64,000 bases of DNA. Source: Actinomycetota bacterium. GTDB taxonomy: Bacteria; Actinomycetota; UBA4738; HRBIN12. Shown piece after piece: positions 1 to 8,052 of the stretch. A program made the translations under genes and the position numbers. The stretch lies in contig JBFMCN010000007.1 in the NCBI GenBank assembly GCA_040754475.1, positions 10,296 through 74,295 on the forward strand, given 5' to 3'. Positions within the stretch are counted from its first letter, which is position 1. Every line of letters starts with the position of its first letter. The notes under the pieces were generated by a model, which had not been told where the DNA came from, made no database searches, and saw nothing but the letters and a program-made list of their open reading frames with translations.

Positions 1-264
1 AACGCGCGGATCGGGGCCCTCGAGCAGCGGATCGGGGCGGCTGCCGCAGCGCCGGCCTGGTCCCCAACCCACCGCGTTCCGGCCGAGGGCATGCAAGCCT
101 GGGCGGCTCCCGATCCGGCCTCGTCCGTCGTCGCCCGGCTGGATCCGGGCCTGGAGCTCAGGGTCGACGAGGTCGCCGGCGCGTGGGCGCGTGTGACCGC
201 ATCGAACGGCTGGACAGGATGGGTGGACGGGCGGCTGCTGGTACAGATGGGAGGCGGCTCGTGA
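1..264 (+). CDS. C-terminal fragment of an SH3b-domain protein (5' end outside window)
   Basis: Frame 1 reads ...VARLDPGLELRVDEVAGAWARVTASNGWTGWVDGRLLVQMGGGS* with a bacterial SH3-like W..G..GWV signature. It ends at TGA at about 262-264. It is absent from the ORF track because it runs off the window edge. Confidence 0.45.
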   Translation, partial: NARIGALEQRIGAAAAAPAWSPTHRVPAEGMQAWAAPDPASSVVARLDPGLELRVDEVAGAWARVTASNGWTGWVDGRLLVQMGGGS

Positions 265-497
265 GCGAGCAGGTCGCGCGAGGGGCGGCCTCCCGCTTCG
301 CCGTTCGGTTCGTCCAGACGTACCGGGCGCGCGTCGGCCCCGGGCTGGAAGCGCGCTGCCGGTTCGAGCCGTCCTGCTCGACGTACGCGCTGGAGACCTA
401 CGGCAAGCTGGGGTTCGTCCGAGCGACCGCGAAGACCCTCCGACGGCTAACGCACTGCCGCGCCGGCTATCGGGGCGATCGGATCGATCCACCCTAG
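261..497 (+). CDS. yidD: membrane protein insertion efficiency factor YidD
   Basis: Conserved YidD core ...CRFEPSCSTYALETYGKLGFVRATAKTLRRLTHCRAGYRGDRIDP. The likely GTG start at 261 sits inside the longer track ORF 183..497 and overlaps the upstream stop. Confidence 0.8.
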   Translation: MSEQVARGAASRFAVRFVQTYRARVGPGLEARCRFEPSCSTYALETYGKLGFVRATAKTLRRLTHCRAGYRGDRIDPP

Positions 498-549
498 ACC
501 GGAACCCGACTCCGAGGATCGCGGCCCGCGCGATCGCTACCATGAGCGT

Positions 550-1401
550 GTGGTGGGCGGCGGGCTCGTCTGGAGGTGCGGCGACCTCGTGCTCGACTGC
601 GCCGAGCGGACGCTCATCATGGGGATCCTGAACGTGACGCCCGACTCCTTCTCCGACGGGGGCCGCTACTTCGATCACGCCGCGGCGGTCGAGCATGCCG
701 CTCGAATGGTCGACGAAGGCGCCGACATAATCGACGTTGGAGGCGAGTCGACGCGCCCCGGGTCGGATCCGGTCCCCGCCGCCGAGGAGCGCGACCGCGT
801 CGTGCCCGTCGTCGAGGCGCTCGCCTCCAGGGTGTCCGTCCCGATCTCGGTCGACACCCGCAAGGCTGAGGTCGCTCGCGAGGCGCTCGGTGCGGGGGCG
901 AAGATAGTCAACGACGTAACGGCGGGCGCCGATACGGAGATGTTCGACGTCGTCAAGGACGCGGGAGCCGGTCTCGTGCTGATGCACATGCTGGGCGACC
1001 CGAAGACGATGCAGGAGGCGCCCCGCTACGGAGACGTCGTGGCGGAGGTAAGGGAGTTCCTCCGTGAGCGGATCGGGGCCGCGGAGTTCGCTGGTGTCCC
1101 GTACGAGGCTCTGTGCATCGACCCCGGCATCGGGTTCGGCAAGGATCTCGTGCACAACCTCGTCATCCTGAAACGGCTGGAGACGTTTGCCGAACTTGGA
1201 CGTCCGGTGCTCGTAGGCCCGTCCCGGAAGCGCTTCATCGGTGCGATCCTGGACCTCCCTGAAGGTGAGCGGATCGAGGGCACCGCCGGTGCCGTCGCGT
1301 GGTCCGTCGCGCATGGTGCAAACGTCGTCCGAGTCCACGACGTGAAGGAGATCATCCGGGTCGTCCGCGTCGTTGACGCTATCGTGAGGGCGGACGCATG
1401 A
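550..1401 (+). CDS. folP: dihydropteroate synthase
   Basis: MGILNVTPDSFSDGG...DIIDVGGESTRPG...IVNDV...SRKRFIG motifs typical of FolP. GTG start at 550; alternative ATG at 619. Confidence 0.9.
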   Translation: MVGGGLVWRCGDLVLDCAERTLIMGILNVTPDSFSDGGRYFDHAAAVEHAARMVDEGADIIDVGGESTRPGSDPVPAAEERDRVVPVVEALASRVSVPISVDTRKAEVAREALGAGAKIVNDVTAGADTEMFDVVKDAGAGLVLMHMLGDPKTMQEAPRYGDVVAEVREFLRERIGAAEFAGVPYEALCIDPGIGFGKDLVHNLVILKRLETFAELGRPVLVGPSRKRFIGAILDLPEGERIEGTAGAVAWSVAHGANVVRVHDVKEIIRVVRVVDAIVRADA

Positions 1402-2300
1402 GTGGGCCCGAGAAACGACGGTTCCGCGTGTCGGCCGGCGAGCTCGCCTACACGGAGCTAGGCGATCCTGAGAACCCGGCGGTCGTGTTCATCCACGGGT
1501 TCCCCACATCCTCGTTCCTCTGGCGCGGGTTCCTGCCGATGTTCGCACCCTGGATGCGGGCGATCGCGCTGGACATGATGGGTGCCGGGGACTCGGACAA
1601 GCCGGAGGACGAGGATCTCTCGATCCGAGCTCAGGCGCGGTACGTACGCGAGCTGCTCGACGGCCTCGGCATCAAGGAGTTCGCGGTCGTCGGCCACTCT
1701 ACCGGCGGCGGGGTCGCGCAGCTGCTCGCCCTGGAGGGCGGGGTTCGCGCGATGGTGCTGATCGACTCGATCGCGTTCGACGCCTGGCCGGCGGAGAACA
1801 CCCGCGACATCCAGGGCGCGGGGTTCGTGACCGTAACCGAAGTGATGGTCTACGCGGTCGTGCGCCTGGCGTTCGAGTTCGGGATAGAGCGCAAGTCGCA
1901 GGTCACCGACGAGATCCTCGAGGAATACAGGCGACCGTGGACGGGCGAGGAGGGGGTGGCTGCGTTCCGGAGATGGGTCCGGTCGTTCGACGGTGTGGGT
2001 CTCGTGGGACTTGAGGAGGAGCTCGGCCGGCTCGAATGCCCCGTGCTGATCCTCTGGGGGGAGAACGACCCCAACTTCGCGGTCGAGGTCGCGGAGCGGT
2101 TGCACGCTGCGATCCCGACATCCACGCTTGCGATCCTGCCCGGTTGCTCGCACTTCCTGCCTGAGGACGCTCCCGAGACGATCGCGCCGATGATCCTCCA
2201 CTACCTGCGCTCGGAGTACCTCGGCCATCCGCACTCGCACGGCGAGCGGACGGAGGGCCGCGCGCAGCCGGAGCGGAGGCCGATCGGGGGGGAGGAGTGA
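1398..2300 (+). CDS. alpha/beta-fold hydrolase (haloalkane-dehalogenase/epoxide-hydrolase-like) embedded in the folate operon
   Basis: HGFPTSSFLW oxyanion region and GHSTGG nucleophile elbow. The start overlaps the folP stop (ATGA) and the stop overlaps the folB start (GTGA). Confidence 0.8.
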   Translation: MSGPEKRRFRVSAGELAYTELGDPENPAVVFIHGFPTSSFLWRGFLPMFAPWMRAIALDMMGAGDSDKPEDEDLSIRAQARYVRELLDGLGIKEFAVVGHSTGGGVAQLLALEGGVRAMVLIDSIAFDAWPAENTRDIQGAGFVTVTEVMVYAVVRLAFEFGIERKSQVTDEILEEYRRPWTGEEGVAAFRRWVRSFDGVGLVGLEEELGRLECPVLILWGENDPNFAVEVAERLHAAIPTSTLAILPGCSHFLPEDAPETIAPMILHYLRSEYLGHPHSHGERTEGRAQPERRPIGGEE

Positions 2301-2653
2301 CCACGTCGAGGTTGTTCCTGACGGGGGTCCGGGCAAGCGGACGCCACGGCGCGAACGTCGGCGAGAAGGACCGCTTGCAGGAGTTCGTGGTTGACCTCGA
2401 CGTGGAAGTCGAGGTGACGGGAGACCGGATCTCCGGGACGTCGGACTTCCGCGAGCTGATCCGGGTTGCCCGGGAGGTCGTGGCGGGTGGGTCGTTCGAG
2501 CTGCTCGAATCCATGGCCGAGGCCGTCGCGGGCGCAGTCGCCCATCAGGCCGGCGTCCTCCGCGCGACGGCTGTCGTCCACAAGCCCGCTGCGGCCGCTT
2601 CTAACGACATCCAGGGCGTCGCCGCCGCCGCCACCGTCGATTCGCAAGGCTGA
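2297..2653 (+). CDS. folB: dihydroneopterin aldolase
   Basis: LFLTGVRASGRHGANVGEKDRLQEFVVDLDVEV...FELLESMAE matches the FolB family pattern. About 118 aa. Confidence 0.85.
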   Translation: MTTSRLFLTGVRASGRHGANVGEKDRLQEFVVDLDVEVEVTGDRISGTSDFRELIRVAREVVAGGSFELLESMAEAVAGAVAHQAGVLRATAVVHKPAAAASNDIQGVAAAATVDSQG

Positions 2654-2665
2654 TCTGCGGGCGAA

Positions 2666-3172
2666 ATGGCCGTGTCGGCGTACCTGGGGCTTGGCTCCAA
2701 CCTGGGGGATCGGCTGGCGAACCTCCAACGCGCCGTCACTCTGCTGGCGGCGCATGACGGTCTGGACGTGGTGCGTTCGTCCCGCGTCTACGAAACGGAT
2801 CCCGTCGGAGGTCCACCGCAGCCCGAGTACCTGAACGCCGTTCTGGAGGTCCAGACCGCCCTGTCGCCCCGCGAGCTGCTGGGCACGTGCCAGGGCGTCG
2901 AGAACGAGCTGGGAAGGGTCCGCGCCGAGCGGTGGGGCCCGCGGACGATCGACGTCGACGTGCTTACCTACGCGGACGAAACCGTGGACGAGCCCGACCT
3001 GAGCATCCCGCATCCACGGATGCACGAGCGGGGATTCGTGCTGTTGCCTCTTTCCGAGCTGGATCCCGACCCCCCGCTCCCCGATGGGCGGCGCCTCGCC
3101 TCCTTGCGCCTCGGCCCCGGCGTGGTCATCGGTGTGCGGCCATACGCTCCTCCCTTGCGGGTGGGAAGGTAG
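2666..3172 (+). CDS. folK: 2-amino-4-hydroxy-6-hydroxymethyldihydropteridine pyrophosphokinase (HPPK)
   Basis: AYLGLGSNLGDR...YETDPVGGPPQPEYLNAVLEV...RWGPRTIDVDVL, the HPPK signature. Confidence 0.9.
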   Translation: MAVSAYLGLGSNLGDRLANLQRAVTLLAAHDGLDVVRSSRVYETDPVGGPPQPEYLNAVLEVQTALSPRELLGTCQGVENELGRVRAERWGPRTIDVDVLTYADETVDEPDLSIPHPRMHERGFVLLPLSELDPDPPLPDGRRLASLRLGPGVVIGVRPYAPPLRVGR

Positions 3173-3236
3173 GTTCGCCCCCCGGCTCGGGAGCATGGGT
3201 GGAGCGCCCTCCTTCCGAATTGGGATACTCGGCCTC

Positions 3237-4100
3237 ATGGACGTTGCGGTGGTCGGCGCCGGAACGGTTGGGACCGCTCTTGCGTTCAGGCTCCGCGAGG
3301 CCGGGCATCGCATCCTGGCCGTCTCGGGGGGCTCATCGACGGCAGAGCGTGCCGCCACCTACCTCCCGGGGGTGCCGGTCCTCGGTCCTGCCGACGCCGC
3401 CCGCGAGGCCGAAGTCGTGTTGATAGCGACCCCCGACGACCGGATCGGCCGAGCATGCGAGTCGCTCGCCCGGGCGGACGCGCTCAGAGACGGCGGAGCC
3501 GTGGCTCACGTCTCGGGGGCTACCTCGCTCGACGTGCTGTCCGCTGCCGGATCGGCCGGCGCCATGGTCCTGTCGATCCACCCTTTGCAGACGTTGCCGA
3601 GCGTCGATGTAGCGCTCGCAAGGCTGCCCGGCAGCGCGGTCGCCGTGACAGCCCTCTCGGAGTCGGGCTTCCTCCTTGGAGAGCGCCTGGCCGTCGACAT
3701 CGGTGGGCGCCCGTTCCGGCTGGCCGACGAAGCCAAGCCGCTCTATCACGCCGCCGCGGTGTTCGCCTCGAACTACGTCGTCTCGGTCGCGGCGCTCGCC
3801 GAGGAGCTGTTCGGGAAGGCCGGTCTGGCCGAACCGGTGGACGCGTTCCTACCCCTCTCACGCGCCGCCCTCGACAACGTCGAGGCGACGGGGACGGCTG
3901 CTGCCCTGACGGGCCCCGTGGTTCGGGGAGACGCGGGCACGGTGTCGCTGAACCTCGATGCGCTCGCCGGTCGTCTGCCCTCGGCGATCCCGGCCTACGT
4001 GGCGCTCGCCGGGGTCGCGCTCGGCCTCGGCGAACGCTCGGGCCGATTGTCGCCCGAGGGGCGCGCCGCGGTGGAGGAGGTGCTCGACCGTTGGAAGTGA
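3237..4100 (+). CDS. Rossmann-fold DUF2520-family protein (Rv3603c-like) between folK and panC
   Basis: MDVAVVGAGTVGTALA dinucleotide-binding N-terminus. It occupies the conserved actinobacterial position upstream of panC. The ATG at 3237 was chosen inside the longer track ORF 3084..4100. Confidence 0.7.
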   Translation: MDVAVVGAGTVGTALAFRLREAGHRILAVSGGSSTAERAATYLPGVPVLGPADAAREAEVVLIATPDDRIGRACESLARADALRDGGAVAHVSGATSLDVLSAAGSAGAMVLSIHPLQTLPSVDVALARLPGSAVAVTALSESGFLLGERLAVDIGGRPFRLADEAKPLYHAAAVFASNYVVSVAALAEELFGKAGLAEPVDAFLPLSRAALDNVEATGTAAALTGPVVRGDAGTVSLNLDALAGRLPSAIPAYVALAGVALGLGERSGRLSPEGRAAVEEVLDRWK

Positions 4101-4942
4101 CCCGCACGGTCGCAGCCGCTCGGGATGCCTGTGACCGGGCGCGTTCGCGCGGGCAGTCCGTCGGCTTCGTGCCGACCATGGGCGCGCTGCACGATGGACA
4201 CACATCGCTGGTCAAAGAAACCCGCGCGGAGTGCGACTTCGTGGTCGTCTCGATCTTCGTCAACCCGCTGCAGTTCGGTCCGTCGGAGGACTTCGCCGCC
4301 TACCCGCGTGACGAGCAGAGCGATCTTCAAGCGCTGGAGGCGATAGGAGCCGACATGGTGTTCCTGCCGAGCGTCGAGGAGATGGAGCCCGTGCGGCCGC
4401 CGGAGGTTCTCGTGGATCCGGGGGCGCTCGGCGAGCGGCTGGAGGGAGCCAGCCGGCCCGGTCACTTCCGAGGGGTCGCGACCGTGGTGGCGAAGCTCTT
4501 CAACGTGGTCGGACCGTGCCGCGCCAATTTCGGGGAGAAGGACGCGCAGCAGCTCGCACTCGTGCGGCGCCTCGTGCGCGACCTCGGTTTCCCGGTGGAG
4601 ATCGTCGCGTGCCCCACCGTTCGAGAGCCCGACGGGCTGGCGATGTCGTCTCGCAACGCCTACCTCTCTCGCGAAGAGCGGGCGGCGGCTGGCTGCCTGT
4701 TCCTCGCGCTGTCCGAAGCGGCTGAGATGGTCAGAGGCGGGGAGCGCGATGCCACCAAGCTCGTGGCCCTCATGGCGCGCCAGATCGGCGCCGCATCCGT
4801 CCCACAACTCGACTACGCGGCCATCGTCGACGAGGAGACGTTCGAGGAGGTTCGCGAGATCGTCCGCCCGGCGCGGGCCCTGGTCGCAGCACGGTTCGGC
4901 CGAGCGCGCCTCATCGACAACCTGGCTTTGCCGCTGCCCTGA
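4097..4942 (+). CDS. panC: pantoate--beta-alanine ligase
   Basis: VGFVPTMGALHDGHTSL...VVVSIFVNPLQFGPSEDF...GHFRGVATVVAKLFNVV is the PanC signature. GTG at 4097 overlaps the upstream stop (GTGA). The 5' part of track ORF 3455..4942 was rejected as an Arg-rich out-of-frame overlap. Confidence 0.9.
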   Translation: MTRTVAAARDACDRARSRGQSVGFVPTMGALHDGHTSLVKETRAECDFVVVSIFVNPLQFGPSEDFAAYPRDEQSDLQALEAIGADMVFLPSVEEMEPVRPPEVLVDPGALGERLEGASRPGHFRGVATVVAKLFNVVGPCRANFGEKDAQQLALVRRLVRDLGFPVEIVACPTVREPDGLAMSSRNAYLSREERAAAGCLFLALSEAAEMVRGGERDATKLVALMARQIGAASVPQLDYAAIVDEETFEEVREIVRPARALVAARFGRARLIDNLALPLP

Positions 4943-5028
4943 TCGGGGGTTTCGAATCCCCATCGCGTGTCGGCACGCTCCCGGTCGGGGAGAATGGGGC
5001 GCCGGTTCGTTCGGGAGGCGTCGGTAGC

Positions 5029-5811
5029 GTGCTGCTGGCAGTGAACGTTGGAAACACGAACACGGTGCTGGGCGTCTTCCACGGCGCCGAGCTGAAGTGG
5101 CACTGGCGCATGTCCACCGATCCCGAGCGGACCGCCGACGAGCTGGCGGTGGTCTTCAGTGGGTTCCTCGAGCAGCAAGATCTGTCCTTCACGAGGCAGA
5201 TCACAGGCGTTGTGATCTGCTCGGTCGTGCCGACGTCGACGCGGGCGCTGCGGGAGATGACCGAGCGGTACTTCCACTTCCCGCCCGTGGTCGTGGAGCC
5301 GGGCACGCGGACAGGCGTCCCGATCCTGACGGACAATCCGCGCGAGGTCGGAGCCGACCGGATCGTGAACGCCCTCGCCGCGTATCACCGGTATGGCGGT
5401 CCGTGCATCGTCATCGACTTCGGGACGGCGACCACGTACGACGTGGTCTCCGCGAAGGGCGAGTTCCTCGGGGGCGCGATCGCGCCCGGTGTGCAGGTCG
5501 CGAACGAGGCCCTGTCGGCGGCAACGGCGAGGCTGCCGCAGGTCGAGCTGCACCCGCCGCGATCCGTGACCGGGCGAAACACCATCGAGGCGATCCAGTC
5601 GGGGCTGCTGTACGGGGCCGCCGCAGAAACCGACGGCATGATCGACCGTCTCCGGGCGGAGCTCGGAGGGAAGGCGACGGTCGTGGCGACGGGGGGTCTC
5701 GCGCCCGTGGTCGTTCCGCACTGCACGGGTGTCGATCACCACGACGAATGGCTCACGCTCGAGGGGCTGCGGCTGGTCTTCGAGAAGAACGTCGGGTCAT
5801 TGGATGAGTGA
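5029..5811 (+). CDS. coaX: type III pantothenate kinase
   Basis: LLAVNVGNTNTVLGVF...GADRIVNALAA...IVIDFGTATTYD; CoaX family. Confidence 0.9.
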   Translation: MLLAVNVGNTNTVLGVFHGAELKWHWRMSTDPERTADELAVVFSGFLEQQDLSFTRQITGVVICSVVPTSTRALREMTERYFHFPPVVVEPGTRTGVPILTDNPREVGADRIVNALAAYHRYGGPCIVIDFGTATTYDVVSAKGEFLGGAIAPGVQVANEALSAATARLPQVELHPPRSVTGRNTIEAIQSGLLYGAAAETDGMIDRLRAELGGKATVVATGGLAPVVVPHCTGVDHHDEWLTLEGLRLVFEKNVGSLDE

Positions 5812-7285
5812 CGAGGGCTTCCGCGAGCAATCGGTGCTGCGTGCCCGGCGCGAGAGCCTCGAACGTCTGCGCTCGATGGGCGTCGAGCCCTTCGCGTTCG
5901 GCTTCGATCCGGACGCGCACGCGGCGGACCTGAACGAGCGATACGCGGGGCTCGCGGCAGACCAGGTGACCGACGATCGGTGCTCGGTCGCGGGCCGCAT
6001 CATCCTCGCACGGCGCTTCGGCAAGCTCACGTTCTTCACGCTCCGCGACGGGACAGGGGACATCCAGCTGTTCTGCACAGGCGAAGATCTCGGGCCCGAG
6101 CTGCTCGCGCTTCTCGACGAGGTCGACCGGGGCGACATAGTCGGGGTCCGCGGAAGGATCATGACGACGAGGAGGGGCGAGCTCTCTATCCGGGTCGACG
6201 AGCTCGTGATCCTGACGAAGTCGCTGCGTCCGCTGCCGGAGAAGTGGCATGGGCTGAAGGACCCGGACCTTCGGCAGCGCCTGCGCTATCTGCATCTGGC
6301 CACGGACCTCGAGTACCGGCGTGTCGTCCGTGCGCGCGCTCGGGCTCTCGGGGCGCTTCGGCGCGTGCTCGACGAGCGGGGCTTCGTGGAGGTCGAGACG
6401 CCGGTGCTGCAGTCGAGCGCAGGCGGTGCCATCGCCCGTCCATTCGTGACGCACCATCGTGCGCTCGGCATCGACCTGTATCTGCGGATCGCGCTCGAGC
6501 TGTACCTGAAGCGCCTGCTCGTAGGTGGCCTTGAGCGTATCTACGAGATCGGAAGGAACTTCCGAAACGAAGGGATCGACCGCAACCACAACCCCGAGTT
6601 CACGATGCTCGAGGTCTACGGGGCTTACGGCGACTGCTTCTCGATGATGGATCTTGGGCAGGCGCTTGTGCGGGAAGCGGCAAGAGCCGTGCGCGGTTCG
6701 CTCCGCTTCGAGTACCAGGGGCGGGCTCTCGACCTCGGATCGGAATGGCGCCGAGCAACGCTCCTCGAGCTGGTCAGTGAGGCAACCGGCGAGGACATAG
6801 CGCTCGACCGGCCGGATCTCGCGGAAGTCGCGCGAACGCACGGAGTCGATGTCCGCCCCTCGTGGGGTCCCGGGAAGATAGCGCTCGAGCTGTACGAGAA
6901 GCTCGTCGAGGGACACCTGTGGGAACCCATCTTCGTCACGGATCTCCCGCGAGAGGTGTCACCGCTGGCGCGTCCGCACCGCTTCACGCCTGGGGTCGTC
7001 GAGCACGTGGACCTCGTGATTGCGGGCATGGAGATCATCCCGGCCTATTCCGAGCTGTCGGACCCGGACCAGCAGCGGCGGAGCTTCGAGATCCAGGCCG
7101 AGGCACGGTCGAGGGGCGAGGAGGAGACCCACCCGATGGACGAGGAGTTCCTCACAGCCCTCGAGCACGGGATGCCGCCGGCGGGAGGGCTCGGCCTCGG
7201 GGTCGATCGCTTGCTCGTCATCCTCGCGGACGTGCCGTCTATCCGCGACGTGATCCTGTTCCCACACCACCGTCCTGAGGACTGA
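5804..7285 (+). CDS. lysS: lysine--tRNA ligase (class II)
   Basis: OB-fold N-terminus plus class II core (FRNEGIDRNHNPEFTMLEVY...GGLGLGVDRLLVIL). ATG at 5804 overlaps the coaX stop. Confidence 0.9.
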   Translation: MSDEGFREQSVLRARRESLERLRSMGVEPFAFGFDPDAHAADLNERYAGLAADQVTDDRCSVAGRIILARRFGKLTFFTLRDGTGDIQLFCTGEDLGPELLALLDEVDRGDIVGVRGRIMTTRRGELSIRVDELVILTKSLRPLPEKWHGLKDPDLRQRLRYLHLATDLEYRRVVRARARALGALRRVLDERGFVEVETPVLQSSAGGAIARPFVTHHRALGIDLYLRIALELYLKRLLVGGLERIYEIGRNFRNEGIDRNHNPEFTMLEVYGAYGDCFSMMDLGQALVREAARAVRGSLRFEYQGRALDLGSEWRRATLLELVSEATGEDIALDRPDLAEVARTHGVDVRPSWGPGKIALELYEKLVEGHLWEPIFVTDLPREVSPLARPHRFTPGVVEHVDLVIAGMEIIPAYSELSDPDQQRRSFEIQAEARSRGEEETHPMDEEFLTALEHGMPPAGGLGLGVDRLLVILADVPSIRDVILFPHHRPED

Positions 7286-7670
7286 GGGCGGGCGAGCCCC
7301 CGTCGGAGTCGGCGGCCTCGTGAAGCACGATCACGAGGTCCTCCAGCGCGACGCCCTTGGCGAGGAACCCCGAAGCTCCGGCCGTCCGCGCCTCCTTCTC
7401 GACGCCGGGATCGGCGTGCGCCGTCAGGATGACCACGGGGAGGTCCGGTCTTCGTCTGTGGATCCTTCGCATGGCCTCGATGCCGCCCAGGTCCGGCATC
7501 GACAGATCCATCAGGACGAGGTCCGGCTGGAGCACCTCTGCCTGCTTCGTGGCGGCGATGCCGCCGCCCGCTTCCCCTGCTACTTCGATGCTGTCCACCA
7601 TCTTCAGGGCGGACGTAAGAGCCCGGCGGAACGCCGGGTGGTCGTCAACGACCAGCACCCGCAACGCCAT
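7239..7670 (-). CDS. stand-alone response-regulator receiver (REC-only) protein
   Basis: VLVVDDHPAFRRAL...LVLMDLSMPDLGGIEAMRRI...VVILTAHADP...AGASGFLAKG carries the D-D-K receiver signature with no output domain. The 3' end overlaps the lysS 3' end convergently by about 47 nt. Confidence 0.7.
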   Translation of the reverse strand: MALRVLVVDDHPAFRRALTSALKMVDSIEVAGEAGGGIAATKQAEVLQPDLVLMDLSMPDLGGIEAMRRIHRRRPDLPVVILTAHADPGVEKEARTAGASGFLAKGVALEDLVIVLHEAADSDGGSPALSPQDGGVGTGSRRG

Positions 7671-7934
7671 CGTCTCCTAACAGGGAAGGATCCGGGGGGA
7701 AGGCGCCCTTGACAACCTCGCCGCCAATCTTGCCCGAGGGGTCTCCCACGAGGCAACGGGCCGTTTGGGGGAACTTCCCTGGCCCGAAAGGGTGATAGCC
7801 GTGCTGGCCGGATGGCTCTTCAGTTCGGCGCCCGTCGTTCCGACGCTGCTTCCTGGGGCCGTTCACGTGCACCGATCCGTGCTCGGGGGGCGCTTCCGGG
7901 CGAATGAGGGGGCAGGGGTATACTGGCTTGCGTG

Positions 7935-7972
7935 GGGCGCTTCGGGGCGCGGAGAGCGCCGTTGAAGCGCCC
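7935..7972. promoter_or_regulatory. nested palindrome in the clpC upstream region (candidate ClgR-type operator or leader hairpin)
   Basis: GGGCGCTTC (7935-7943) and GAAGCGCCC (7964-7972) are perfect 9-bp inverted arms. They enclose GGCGC-ggaga-GCGCC (7946-7960), a CGC-N5-GCG-like core, about 80 nt upstream of the clpC ATG. Confidence 0.3.
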
Positions 7973-8052
7973 GACCCGCCTCGGGGGGAGGACGTGGTCC
8001 AGCGATCCCCGAGACGCCTGAGCAGGCGGGCATAGGCCCGGAGGACGCTTAC

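Noticed and set aside
3455-4096. N-terminal 214 codons of the long panC-frame ORF
   Set aside because: Arg-rich and out of frame with the DUF2520 gene it overlaps. The GTG at 4097 gives a normal-length PanC.
5753-6916. 387-aa minus-strand ORF
   Set aside because: Antisense to lysS.
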